A stretch of 64,000 nucleotides of DNA from Sphyrna mokarran (taxonomy: Eukaryota). Of the stretch, positions 21,503 through 34,429 are shown piece after piece; position 1 is the stretch's first letter, and every line of letters starts with the position of its first letter. The DNA is taken from contig JAGIQG010000014.1 of NCBI GenBank assembly GCA_024679065.1, positions 43,896,001 to 43,960,000 on the forward strand, in the 5' to 3' direction. Position numbers and translations under genes: made by a program. Under the pieces are notes generated by a model, which saw only the letters and a list, made by a program, of their open reading frames with translations, was not told the origin of the DNA and searched no databases.

Positions 21503-22390
21503 GGGCAGAATTTTATGAGATTATTTCTTAAGTGTCAGACAAGCATGAAACTGGGAGAGTTCCAGATCTTTCTTTTGGGAGCATCTCCAAGCCCAAACTT
21601 ATGCATTCTGTCTTTAAAATTTTGGGTGAGTGCACCTCTCATTTCAGGAGATGGAGATTAACACACCTAACAACCTGTAGAAAGAGGTATTGTGCACATG
21701 CGGATCTCTAATACCGCATATACTCATTAACAGGAGCAGGGATCTGCCAGACAAAGAGTGCTGTCAGGCCCCTGCTACTGCAGGCAGGCACTCCCAACTC
21801 CACCTCTCCGCCCCGCAATTGCGGTGGCCCACAGCCTGAGATGTAGCCCCCACTGCTTCCCCACCATCCAGGCCGATCACTGACTCTCTCCTTTTCCCAT
21901 CAATTGCAGGAGAGTGATAGTGGGCCTCTCCACCACTCCCCACACATCCTGCCCCCATTGGCTCTCCTTCACAGTCTCCATCTCCATTCTATTCCCCCTC
22001 AGGCCCTGCCCCCCCATTGGCACATCCCCCACAGGCTCACCCCATTTAGTCCCACCCATCCATAGACCCTGCCCTGACATTGCCTCCACCCACCCACTGG
22101 TCCAACCCCATCAGTCCACTTCCTGGCACTACCCAGTGGGCATTGCCCAGGTGCCAGAGTGGCATTGCCTAAGGGGAACCCTGCCTTGCCCTCGGCCTCC
22201 CTGAGGTGCCTCAAAAGCCTCCAGTTCCACTGGCGAGGAGAACACAACTGTTCCTCATTCACAGGGAGCAGGTTTTTTCCTCACCAGAGAGAATCTTTCC
22301 TGACGAGGCCATAAAGGCAAGCAAGACCGGACAATTGAGTGCTGGGCTTGCTAACACACATGCTAAACGCAATTTAAATACATTAAACAG
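21503..22390. mobile_element. Related Harbinger-type MITE; right end not found
   Basis: Starts GGGCAGAATTTTA and shares GCCATAAAGGCAAG and AATTGAG..CTGGGCT with 37601-38432. Confidence 0.65.
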
Positions 22391-23219
22391 GGTATTATAT
22401 AGATTTCCAGAAGACGTTTTTATCAGAGATATGAATTTCCCAGTAACTGATACAAAATATAGCACAAGATATTACATTTTAAGACTTCTACTGGAACAAA
22501 TCATTATCCACAACAATTAAATATCACTTAATGAATAAGCAATAGAATAAACTACAGAAAACATACTTTCCCCATTAACTAATTAACACAATTGAAAATC
22601 CTCCACTATATTTATACTGCATGACAAATTCTCATCAGATGTGTAGCTTTCTGATAAAATCCCAAATTTTTCCTGGCAATTCAACTGGTTCACTGCTTGC
22701 TATCCCACCAGAAAGAATTTTGAGTGCCCTTTTAAAAGTCCTTTCACTTAATCCTCCTAAAGCATTATCAAATTCACTTCCAGCAGCAAGGACCCTCTGG
22801 CGACTCTTGGATCCTTTAATCTCCACTGGACCATCTCATCAAATAGGGAATCCATTCTTATTTACATTCTGATTGGTGGTTAAAAGGTTTCTTCCCCAGC
22901 TTGTCTCTGCCCCTGCAGGTTTCTCTGTCTGGTGGAGACTGCAAGTCTGTGTTCAACAAGATCAGTTGTCCTTCTTTTTAGGTGAGAGATCTGGTCCTTT
23001 TGATTTTATGAGCATCAATCTGGGTCTCTCTCCCCATGTCAACCAAATCACTTGTGCCTGTCTCTGGGCAGATTTCAGCATGATTATGTTCCGCTACTCC
23101 AAGATATTCTGCTTAACTTTAAATGAAAAAAAAGACTATTTGCATCTGGAAGTCTTGCACTTAGTGGATCTTACCAAATAATTACAAGAAACTTGCAGTT
23201 AACATTGAAGCTTATAGAA

Positions 23220-23700
23220 TTTAAGGCAAACTTAGCTAATAGCCTGAGGAGGAATAATAGGCACTCCAAAAGGACGTATGTGACAGTGGCAATACATAGG
23301 GCCTTAACTATTCACCACATTTGTAAATGATTTATAGATACAGCAGAGACTCCCACACATCCAGTTCGTCAATGGAATAAAGATAGGGGGAAACAGAAAA
23401 TCACAAAGAGGTCATAATAGATTAATTGAATGGGCAAAACTATGTCAAACTAATTTGTGTAAACAAATGTGGACCCAAACAAGATAGATGTTTAACTGGT
23501 GAGAAGTTGGGAACAGTGAAGCTTTAAAGACTTATTGATGCATGCAAACAGACTAACGTCATGGGCCTGTACAGAAAGAAAAATCACAAAAGGCTGATGG
23601 AAAGCTTGCCTTTGTATCCAGAGAACAGAAATATGAGAGGTAGAAGTGATCCTAAAGCTATACAAAGCCCCAGTTAGGTTCCTGAAGTACTATGGGCAGT
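23220..23700 (+). mobile_element. Decayed CR1-type RT fragment
   Basis: GAATGGGCAAAACTATG (EWAxxW) and AAGCTATACAAAGCCC..GTTAG (LYKALV). It probably continues the fragment at ~20440-21060. Confidence 0.6.
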
Positions 23701-24014
23701 ACAATGCACTGATGGTCCTAAGAGCCACTTCTCTCCACTCAAGACATCAGAATGCATTAATGAGAGAATAAAGATCAATGCTTACTAAAAGTAAAACTTA
23801 GGAATGTGACAAATGGCTTGATTTTATTTGGGGGGGGGGGAGGGGTGGTGAGCAAATAAAATTGGATGGAAAAAAAGACTCAAGGTGAAGGACAAAGGTC
23901 AATGTCCAAAAATTTTACCTTCATGTAACCACTAGCATCTCCGCCAACCGTAAACTGTTCCTCTGTCTTGCGCCATCATCTTTGTTGCAATCTCTCCTAG
24001 TTTCCACCACTCAT

Positions 24015-24245
24015 CTTATAGAATCATAGAACCTTATAGTGCAGAAGAGACACCCTTTGGCCCATCGAGTCTGCACCGACGACAGTCTCACCCAGGCCCG
24101 ACCCCTACATTCCTACATATTATTACCTGCTAAATCCTTCTAACCTAAGCATCTAGGGTTAGTAAGGGGCAATTTTATCATGGCCAATCAACCTAACCTG
24201 CACATCTTTGATCAGTGGGAGGAAACTGGAGCACCCGAAAGAAAT
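24015..24245 (-). mobile_element. HE1-like V-SINE
   Basis: ATAGAATCATAGAA tail, GGCCAATCAACCTAACCTGCACATC, GGAAACTGGAGCACCC. Confidence 0.85.
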
Positions 24246-24479
24246 CTTCTACAATGCTCCAGCTGGTAATCCACTACATTCCCCCTTTAACTCTGAAGAA
24301 TCATACAAATGCAAAATATTAACTATTTTCTCCGGAGACCCAAGTTTTTGTAGCATTTTGTTTTTGTATCAGATTCTTTTTGCAAGTTGGCATTCTTGCA
24401 TTTGTCCTGATTGATGCAAGATGAAAAGTTTCAGCAAAATTTCTCTTCTCACCTGTATTCAAGTTCTGCAATACCAAGT

Positions 24480-25915
24480 GACAGCTAGCCAAATTAGTCC
24501 CATTCTCCTACTCTTCCCTCATAACCCTATATTTCTTTCTTTGTCTAGTATACAAATCAAATTCCCTTTCAGAAAATCATCATTGAATCAGCATCCACCA
24601 TTTTATCATCCCAGCAGTGCATTCCAGATAGTCATAACTCAATAATGTTTTAAAAATTCTTATGGTCCCTCTTGCTTTTCTCCAATTATTTTAAATTTGT
24701 GTTCTCCGATTCTTGAACCTCTATTAGTGACAACAGTTTGTCCTCTATTTAGTCTATTAAAATCTTTAAAATTTTGAACATCTATTAAATTTCTCCTAAG
24801 TTTTCTCTATTCTAGGTAGAACAATTTCAGCTTTTCTAGTCACTCATCCGTAGGTATGATTCTAGTTCATCTATTTTCCCAACATCCCAGTACATTTCAA
24901 TAAATCACTTCGATACCCTCTCTATGGTCTTAACATTGATTTCACTATATTCAGGTTTGGACACAAGAAATCTAGAACTAAAGATCTAGACAGCCAAAGG
25001 CACAGACACAATGGTGAAGTGATTAAAATTAAAGATGTACAAGAGTTTTATTAACTATTAAGTTAAACACAAGAAAAAGTGAAAAAATAAAATTCAGTGG
25101 TGTTTACATTTTGGGTCAGGGTACAGATGAGAATGTACAAACATAGCAAAGGGATTGGACCATATGGCCCCATTTTGTCATTCAATGAAATTATTGCTGA
25201 TTTGCAGCCTAAATGATCATCATAACTAATAGTTATAAGGGAAAAAGATTATCAATAATTTACTGATCTCATTTTAAATTAACAATTGGTCTAGAATAAA
25301 TTGCCATTTGTGGAATAGTCTCAAATTTCTACAACCCTTCCTGTGTAGTTTCCCTAATATTACTCTTGAAAGATCTGGTTTTATGATTTAGCGTATGATC
25401 CCAATCCCAGATTCTGCAGACAGTAGAGAAAAAAATAGTTCAACTCGATCCACCCAGGTCACCTTATTTACTTGAAAATTGCAATCAAAATAACCATCTA
25501 AATTCGAGGGACTACAATCCCTGCTTATGTAATATTGGGTCACAATTTAAACCTTTGAATCCAGGTATCATTTTCATAATTCAATGCTACATTCCCTGTA
25601 AGTTCACAATATCCTTCTGAAGATGTGGTGCTCAGAACAGCTCATAATACTCCAAGAATGGTCGAACAGAGGCTTTCCATAACTCTATCCCCTTTTCTAG
25701 TCCTAAAGGCCAGAATAGTTTCAGCCTCTTGATTATTTTCTGTACCACTTCAAGATATTTTATTATATATTTACATAGCACACAATATCCCTTTTGATCG
25801 CCATCATTTTTAGATTTTAATCATTTAGAAAATACTCTGACCTATTCTGGTGAAATCCAAAGTGGTTAACCTCACATTTGCCTGCACTGAAATCCATTTG
25901 CCACTGCTTTGCCCG
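24480..25915 (-). mobile_element. Decayed CR1-type fragments
   Basis: CAGTGCATTCCAGAT, GGTGCTCAGAACAGCTCATAATACTCCAAG and CACTGAAATCCATTTGCCAC are reverse complements of CR1 RT and 3' motifs. Confidence 0.65.
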
Positions 25916-26409
25916 AATATTAAGGATTTACTCCTCCCAGTTGAAGTTTAAGACAAATATTTAGTACTAGGAATTGATATCCCATGAGGCCAACCACTTT
26001 AAAAGTTCAGAAATCCAATGGATTTGTTCACGCCAAAGGTGGATGGTAAAACAATAAGCTGTAGTAACAAAATAACTTCTTAGCTAGCTGAATTCACCAA
26101 TTTCCAACTCCATAATTAAATGGAGCTCTGATCAGCTGTTTGCACTTTTACCAAATCTGGGGAACAGTGACAAAATGAAGATATCTGCCAGACTCAAGAT
26201 CAACATTGGCTGAAGTTTCCACTTCCCAATTGCCACTTACTCACTTAGTCAACTATAAAAGTAAAAGAAAATTCAGTCTAATGATAATAACAAATGGTCA
26301 GCATCAGTTGCCTAATGTAGGCTATTCATGACTGATACTGCAACTGTTGGGGACTTGAGTAGATTTTATACATCTAAACCCACCAATTAGTATCAACTCT
26401 CCTTTTTTG

Positions 26410-26685
26410 AATCACAGAATCTTTACAGTTCAGAAGGCACAATCCCTTCCCAGGCCCTATCCCCATTATCCCACATATTTATCCTGCTAATGCCCCTGGC
26501 ATTAAAGGATCAATTTAGCATGGCTAATCAACCTAACCCACACAGCTTTAAAGTGTGGAAGGAAACTGGAGCACTTGGAAGAAATCCACACAGACACAGG
26601 GAGAACATGCAAAATCCACACAGTCAGCCAAGGTCAGAATTGAACCTGGGTCCCTGACACTGTGAGGCAGCAATGCTAAACACTG
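26410..26685 (-). mobile_element. HE1-like V-SINE, near full length
   Basis: Minus strand has a tRNA-like head TTAGCATTGCTGCCTCACAG..GGTTCAATTC, a V-domain GTGCTCCAGTTTCC..CCAC, then GGTTAGGTTGATTAGCCATGCTAAATTG. Confidence 0.85.
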
Positions 26686-28033
26686 TTATTCCAGCTTTTC
26701 TAAATGCACATTTTTAGTAACTTTTTTAAAAATAACTTTTACTCAAAATTATCACCATTGAAAAATAATTTTATTTCAGCATCTATAAAGTCTCAAAATT
26801 GTGAAGTTTGATATTATACAATGCTTATAAATTGGTCATACTTGTTTACAGTCTTTCAGAATACACAATGATTCAACTAAGAAAATTATACTGAGTTTAT
26901 TCCACTTAAATTTATATTTTACAGCATGCAATTTCACAATCATTTGTTTGATCAATAAATATAACTCCGAATATATACATTAAATAATACCAACATATGC
27001 AATTCATGTACAAGTGTCAGATCTGGGGCCATATTTAAAAAATACTGATGCAACTAATATAAAGTTAATTTGCATTCTGCATGGTCATTTGTGAACAGGG
27101 CTTCTGGATATTTAAAAGAAGCTCTAATCATTGTTCTTGTTAATTTTAAAGAGAGTAAAGATCTTTATTTATTCAAAATATCACAATTATTTTTTATTTA
27201 GATATTCTGTTTTTAAGCATTTTACTCAGCAACAGAAAGCCAGAAAAGTACTGATTTAGAACTTTCTAGAATATAATGAATTAGAATCTCTGTTCAAAAC
27301 TACCCATCCTTCAATTGGCACTTCAGCACTATTTCATAGTGCAAACCTACTTTATGGCAAAAAACTTAAAACATCTGATTTATGCAACACTTTAAGTTTC
27401 AGATATGGTAATTTCATCACATCTGTGGTGATAATCCAAATGCTTAAATTGACAAAAGGCTGGAATAGAGTACATTATTAATGATATAGTGCACTATAAC
27501 ACTGCTCTGTAATCACAATTTATTTTGATAGGAGCTAGTTCAGTTAAGAGAGGCCATCCAAATTATTGTTCCAGAATTAACAAAATATATAAAAATGTCT
27601 ATAAAAATGAAAATACCTTTGAGCCACCACCGACTAAATCTCCCTATAGTTGGCAAGTGATACATGCAACAAACCCACACAATTTATGTTGAAAATGTTC
27701 AAGTTTAACACCAAGACTGGATCTGAAGTGACAGAGTTAGAGGAATTAATTAAAATGATCTACTCTTATTGTAAGGAAATAAATGCATCTCATGTTCAAG
27801 TCAAAAAGAAAAATAATCACAAAATTAATGCTTGCTACGAAAAACAAATTTAGCCAATGATCCCATACAACACAGTCATGGCTTCTCCTTCAGAACCACC
27901 CTAAATGAATAGAAGCATTTTTAAAAATGCATTCAGGTTTCAAGTATTTTTGTTTCTGATATTAAATTTAACAGTTTTAAAACATTCTTCCATGATTTTA
28001 TTCCAGATTTTGTGATGCGAGCTACAATTGCTG

Positions 28034-28158
28034 TCATCCTCCCCTTTGAAGTTCAACAATTCTGGTCAATTTTTCACAGTTCTCTGTCTTAAGAGATTCA
28101 GCTTTCTGCTTCAGGCGCTCATCTCTGTATAAAGTGGCCAAATTCTGCAGATCAGTTT
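28034..28158 (-). CDS. DNAJC18: DNAJC18 last coding exon (125 nt): [41 protein letters not shown]
   Basis: Acceptor tttttgcag, TGA at 28036-28034. [20 protein letters not shown]...RGG* matches the DNAJC18 C-terminus as I recall it. The eight exons sum to 1155 nt, a multiple of 3. Confidence 0.96.
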
Positions 28159-28589
28159 CTGCAAAAAGATGAAACATATCATTGAGTAATATATGTGGCG
28201 CAAAAGAATACAAGTACAGAACAAGTTGACTATAACGAAAGATTTCTCTGTAGGACTAGAATAAACCAGAGTATATGGTAATGATAATAAACCTGGATGG
28301 TAATGAATACTAATAACTAATGCTAACACAAACATGGTAATGAATTGGTATGGATTGATAGCTGTGAGCTCAGCCCAAGTACAAGAGAACAATTTGTTTT
28401 GTACTTTTTATAGGAGGAGGAATAAGACCATCCAAATTATTGTTTCACAACTAACAGAATATAGAAAATTAAGTACATAGGTTAAATAAGGAACACATCA
28501 TCCATTGATCTACACCAATGCTTATGTCAGGGACTGAAACCAGATTTTAAATTGTTACATTTAATCAGGCCTTCTACCCTTATATTACA

Positions 28590-29540
28590 GAAGGATTACT
28601 GTTTATAAAAATCTTCATGGGATGCAAGTATTGCTGGCAAGGCCAGTAAGTGTTGCCCATGTTGTAATAGTGAGCCACCATCTTGAACTACTGCAGCCCA
28701 TCTGGATAGACTCACAGTGCAATTAAGGGAGTTCCAGAACTTAATTGTGATTTCCAGCTTGTGATTCGAGCAGTGAATTAGACGCAAGTCAGAATAGTGA
28801 GAGACTTGGAGAAGAACTTGCAGGGAGTTCTGGGGGTAACATGCCAATGGTTCTGCTTCCATTGTCCTTCTAGTCCTGGAGTCTTGCATACTCGGTTTTC
28901 TCTGGGTGCTCCGGTTTCCTCCCACAGTCCAAAATGTGCAGGTTAGGTTGATCAGCCATTCTAAAATTGCCCCTTAGTGTACTAGAATGCTTAGGTTAGA
29001 GGGATTAGCAGGTAAAATATGTAGAGATATGGGAGAAGAACCTGAGTGGGATTGTGGTCAATGCAGACTCGATGGAACTAAGGGCCTCCTTTTGCACTGT
29101 AGGAATTCTACAATTCTATGATACTGAAGGTAAACGAGCCTCAGCAAATTGCTGCAACTAGTAGATGGTACACATTAATGTCATTTCATTAGTGGTTGAG
29201 GGAGTGAACATTTAAAGTGGTGAATAGGGTACTGACTAAGGTTTTGTCCTTAAGGCTGTTGAGTTTCTGGAATGTTTTTGGAACTGCACTCAAGGCAAAT
29301 TGGGATTATTCCCTCATATTTCTGATTTGAGCACTGCTTCAGGGAGTCAGGAGATACTCTCTGCTGAACTCAGCCTGTGATCTCTTGCAGAAACAACTAT
29401 GTCTGTGGTTACGTCTAGTCAATTGCAATCTTCAGGATCTTATTGGTGGGGATTTCAGTGAGAGGAATGTTGTTGAACCTCAAGAGGAGATGGTTTGACA
29501 GCCTTTTGTTGGAGATAATCATTGCATGGCACTTTTGTGG
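28590..29540 (-). mobile_element. Decayed LINE 3' region of the same family, with a nested SINE
   Basis: TTCATGGGATG..GCTGGCAAGGCCAG tail and GAGCCACCATCTTGAACTACTGCAG. Another copy lies at ~32500-32750. Confidence 0.7.
28885..29122 (+). mobile_element. HE1-like V-SINE, 5'-truncated
   Basis: GGGTGCTCCGGTTTCCTCCCACAGTCCAAAATGTGCAGGTTAGG with an ATTCTATG tail. Confidence 0.85.
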
Positions 29541-29900
29541 CACAAAGATCTGCCATTAACTGAATGATTTTTCAACAGTTTATGCTAGCAGAGCTACTTT
29601 CAACCTATAGATTGTGATCCTGTATTTTCACTAATGATAACACAGCTCCCTCACCTGGTTCAGCTTAGTATACACATTTTGTTCTTTATCTGAAAGCATT
29701 CAGCATACAAAACATACTACAGTTTACAATGTAAAATTCTATTTCCAAATACCTTCACTTGCAGCAAAACGCTTGCAGTCAACCTGCCGGAGGGATCTGT
29801 AGATCTGGCTGTCTTTGGATTTTAAAGAATGTTATAATACAAAAAATGCAATTAAGTTTTTTTTTCATTAGTAAATTAAATCTTTTAAATATTTACTCAC

Positions 29901-30073
29901 TTTGCTGTTTTTCTTTCCGGCAGCTACTTTGAAGGTGATCAATGTAGTCCTTCTCAATATTATTTTCCATGTTTTGCAGTGCTATGCCTTGGTACTCCTT
30001 CTCAAATCCTCTGTCAACAAAATATTCTACTTTTAAGCGTTCAGTTTCCCTGGACAAAACATGGCCCAATGAC
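29901..30073 (-). CDS. DNAJC18: DNAJC18 exon 7 (173 nt), DUF1977-type luminal domain: SLGHVLSRETERLKVEYFVDRGFEKEY...IEKDYIDHLQSSCRKEKQQ
   Basis: Acceptor attcag, donor GTGAGT, open frame with family motifs YFVD and EKDYI. Confidence 0.95.
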
Positions 30074-30454
30074 CTGAATAATTAGAACAGGTGTTTTAAA
30101 CAGTTGTCTGCTGGTTGGATTCAATAGATCAATGCGCAAAGAGCTAATTTTGCTGTGCAAGTAAAACATCTATGGTACAATCCTTATTTATGATTTATCC
30201 AAGAATTAATAAAATGTACAATGTCACATTTCCTAGATCTCATGGTTGGCAATTTTATGTTGTGCTTTTCAAGCAAACCAATTGCTGGATCTGCTGTCTA
30301 AAGACGCATCTGCACTATGATTTTTATTTACGCAATTGCACAATAGCATGTACTGTGTGGTATGTTTAAGGCCAGCACTCTAATGATCAGCAAAATTTTT
30401 TCATTCTAAGTTTACCCGTACCCAGCTTTCAAAAGCAATTTCTCAGGCATGAAA

Positions 30455-30712
30455 AGTTTGCACATTCTCCCTGTGTCTGCACTGGTTTCCTCCAGGTGCT
30501 CCGGTTTCATCCCACAGTCCAAAAATGTGCAGGTTAGATGGATTGGCTACGCTAAATTGTCCCTTAATGTCCAGTGATGTATAAATTAAAGGGATTAACA
30601 AGGTAAATGTGTAGTGTTTCAGGGACAGGGCCTGAATAAGATGGTCTGTCAGAGAGTCAGTTCAGACTTGATGGACCAAATGACTTTCTTCTGCACTGTA
30701 GGGATTCTATGA
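30455..30712 (+). mobile_element. HE1-like V-SINE
   Basis: GTTTGCACATTCTCCCTGTGTCTGC..GGTGCTCCGGTTTC..GGGATTCTATGA. Confidence 0.85.
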
Positions 30713-31884
30713 TATTGTCCAGATCTCACATTGTAATTAATGTGCAATTCTGCCCTTTTGTAGTTGTACAACTATAAAAATGAATTATTAATTCATATGT
30801 ATTAACAAGTCACATTTTAATTTAGAGCGTTGTCACTAAACTAGAGAAATCCAATCTTCTCATCTTCAGGCACATTAAAAAAGCATTTCACAAGCACATC
30901 CAGTCCTCCTGTCGACATTGATTTTCTCCGTTGATACATTGTTGGGAATAACTATGAGTGACTGATGGAGGGGTTCACTACAGCTAAAGCTCATCCTATT
31001 CCAGATGTTTGTACACATCTACTTTGAGATTAGGATTCTGGATAGCAAAAGAAATCTTGAGTGATTAATTTTTCCTCTCTTGCCTCAAGAATTTGTGCCA
31101 ATTGCAGCCAGGCTTCCTTTATAACTTTGCTGAAATAAAGGAAATAAATTATATTTACACAGAGCCTTTTACATTCTCAGAATATTCTGAAGCACTTCAA
31201 GAAAATGAATTTTTGCAGAGTTCTTCACAATTGCTTTGCAAGTGAACATAACTAATTTCAAACAATATATAATAAATAATATGATGTAAATAACAAATTG
31301 ATTTTGCTTTATTAGTAAAGGAGTGAATATTGATGGAACATGGGGAGACAGTCCAAGTATTCTTTGAAAAAGACTCCACTTGAGCAGATAGAAGGTCCCT
31401 GGACTTATGATTTCATGCAAAAGATAGCTATACGCGTAGTAAAGTGCTGGTAAAGGTGCACACTGCACCTTTTTATATTTATGGTTTTTCAATGAAGTAG
31501 AATGTATTCTAAGAGAAATGGAATAGTTTTATCCAAAAACACATGAAAGAATCTGTTAATGTAGACTGCATTTAACTTTGAATCATTGACATACAAGTCG
31601 ATAATGCAAGACCCAATGTTGGGCAAATCTGCTCACTAAACAAATAATTCAAATAAAATTGTTAGCACTGAACTATTTACCAGTAGCATGGTTAAAAAGT
31701 CGTTTTTACCCAATGTCTTTACAAGGATTCCATACATTTCTTACAACCAATTTCAATTTAAAAATTATGGCTATATAATCCAATTCTTTCAAATTCAATT
31801 TCTTTCTACATTTGGGTGAGAATGTATCAAACCAATTGAAGAAAAATGTTTACTACATTAAAATTTTAAAAACATTGAACTTAC

Positions 31885-31994
31885 GGTTTGTAGTAAAGGC
31901 TGTAAGGAGGATTGGTCACTGACAACTGGGCTACAAGTGATACAAGTACTAATATAAAAACCGGCAACAGCTGCAAAAATATTGAATAGTTTCC
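31885..31994 (-). CDS. DNAJC18: DNAJC18 exon 6 (110 nt), transmembrane segment: [37 protein letters not shown]
   Basis: Hydrophobic helix QLLP..LVS followed by PPYSL. Acceptor cttgcag, donor GTAAGT. Confidence 0.95.
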
Positions 31995-32779
31995 CTGCAA
32001 GATGTGCAAGAAAAGAAAGTAGTGAGTTAAGGAATCTAATTGACATAAATCACAATGGCTGAAATCTTGTTTTCAGCATTTTCTTAATCCCAACGGCATA
32101 ATATTGTTTCTCAGCAACTAATTCCTTTGCTTAGTCATTATGTATGCTACATCTCAATTCCCTGCTCTCCATAAATCATGCTTTATCAGGAAAGATCCTT
32201 TTACTAATGCAACTATGCTTTTAAAAAATACATAAATCACAGATTGCTTATTTAGAGTGAAGACCTTTGTGTAATCACCCTGTTTATTATGTGTTACAAA
32301 ATAAAAGATCTCAACTCCCCAGTTCTTCTGCACATAAAAGATCATATGATTTATGACAATAGATTTTTCATCAACACTGTCCTTAACTGGATGGTATTTA
32401 AAGTAGAGGTGAAATCATATAGCTATAATTAATATATTTTACCACAGATTTGAACACACAAAATATATCCAACTGGAGAGGTTTGACCATCAATTACTTT
32501 TCATTCTTCCATGGGACGTGGGCGTTGCTGGCTAGGCCAGCATTTATTTCTCATTCCCAACTGCCATAAGGGAAGTGGTGGTGAGCCAGCATTTTGGACC
32601 ACTGCAATCCAGGAGGAGCAAGTACATCCATCGTGTTATTAGAAAGGGAGTTCTGGGACTCTGACTTGAAGGAACCTCAATCTAGTTCCAAGTCAGGATA
32701 AGGTGGCAAACTTGTAGATGGTGGTGTTCCGATACATCTGCTATCTCACATCATACCTCAGAGAAATATTAACGTTTAC

Positions 32780-32889
32780 CTGAGTTTGTTCCTCCTGTTC
32801 TTCTTCCTCTACCATGTCATTCATACGCCGGCGCCGACGGTAAACATGGGTATATGTTGTTCTTCCATTTGTATAGGCACGAATGTTAC
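32780..32889 (-). CDS. DNAJC18: DNAJC18 exon 5 (110 nt): GNIRAYTNGRTTYTHVYRRRRRMNDMVEEEEQEEQTQ
   Basis: Acceptor tttgatcag, donor CAG|GTAAAC, phases consistent with flanking exons. Confidence 0.93.
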
Positions 32890-34429
32890 CTGATCAAAAG
32901 ATACTCCATTAACACTTTTAAGGTGCAAAACAGATCATAAATTCCAACAATACAATTAATACTATTGTTTCTTACATTTATGCAGAAATAGCACATTTAA
33001 GGATTGATACATTTTCATATTAATGTAAATCATATTAGACACCTACAGAATGTGCAATCAGCAACATTTTGAATAAGTACATAAATTTTGAATCTCTTAG
33101 ATGTTTGCTTGTATTTATCAGAGGAGTTCAGTTATACGAGTCCAAAGATCTTAGATTTTTGCCTAATACTGCCTACTATCTATAAGTGTATCATAAATCA
33201 ATAATGTGGCATGATCTTACACCCTCGTATCATTCACCCAATTTTTTTCAAAGCCAGACTGAGAAATATGATGTGAAGCCTGAATCAAATCATACTGCTT
33301 TAATTCAGAGACAGCAAACTAATCTACAGACACAACTATAAATAAATCATTTGTTTAACTGAATCCACTTTTCTCAAAAACATGGAAAAAAATAAGCTAA
33401 CCACTTTATCCCTTCCATAGCAACTAACTTGATTTTGGCACCACTTTTTTCCCCAAGACTACTTTGAACGACAAAGCTATTTATGTTTTTAATTTCCAGC
33501 TTCAGGTCTAACTTGACAGCTCATAATTTCATATTTATGATTCTCTCTGTTCTTTTATATTCCTAGTTAAGAAATGTCAAGCTGACTTCCTCCATTTTAG
33601 CCATTTTCCAATACACTCGTCGATAAAATAAGCTCTCTCCTTTCCCTTGGGACTTTTTTTTTTAAAAAACCTTTTTCCAATGTTCTCAAAAAGCATTAGC
33701 TTTACCCTGCCTGATGAGTTTTGCAGGATATAAGTAATGCTCATTGAGTAAGTTGGCACAAATAGTGTGCTGCTTTAACTTTGTGAAGGACAAAAATCAG
33801 AAATGAAGCAGGTGTCTCAGGCAATGGATCATCAAGGTTTATAGGATTTATCTTCATATCCAGACCAAGTAAATTTACAAGTATGATTCAAGATCAAACA
33901 GCCTATTTCTATGTTTAACTTGACATTCACAATTTTATACAGCATGTGTTAGATTTGTCAATAGTATATTTACGTATAATTAACCATATTATTAAAAATA
34001 TACGAAAGAACTAACACAAAGCAAATTTATAAGAACATAAATAGAAATTGGATTAGGGCATAAGACCCTTCGAGCATGTTCAGTCACTTAATGAGATCAT
34101 GGTTGGTTCTTGACATCAGCTCACTTTCCAATTCAATCTTTTTTTCCCTTAACTCCAAGAGTCCATAAAGGTCTGAATATCATACTCAACAACTGAAACC
34201 CAGTCTCCTAGATACAGAATTGAAAAGATTTACAATTCCTAGTGAAGAAATTTCTCATCTCAGTACGAATCAATAGTTTACCCTGAGGCTTTGCCTCTAT
34301 GAAAATCAATGTACAGAATTAAGAACATTGTCCACCCTATCTAATGTCACGCCAGAGCTAACAAAACCCAATTAAGACCAATAAATTTGCAAAACCTTAT
34401 TTTTTTTTTTAAAAAGTGATAACGTACTA

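Noticed and set aside
26600-26685. tRNA gene
   Set aside because: The A/B-box region is the head of an HE1-like SINE and I see no complete cloverleaf.
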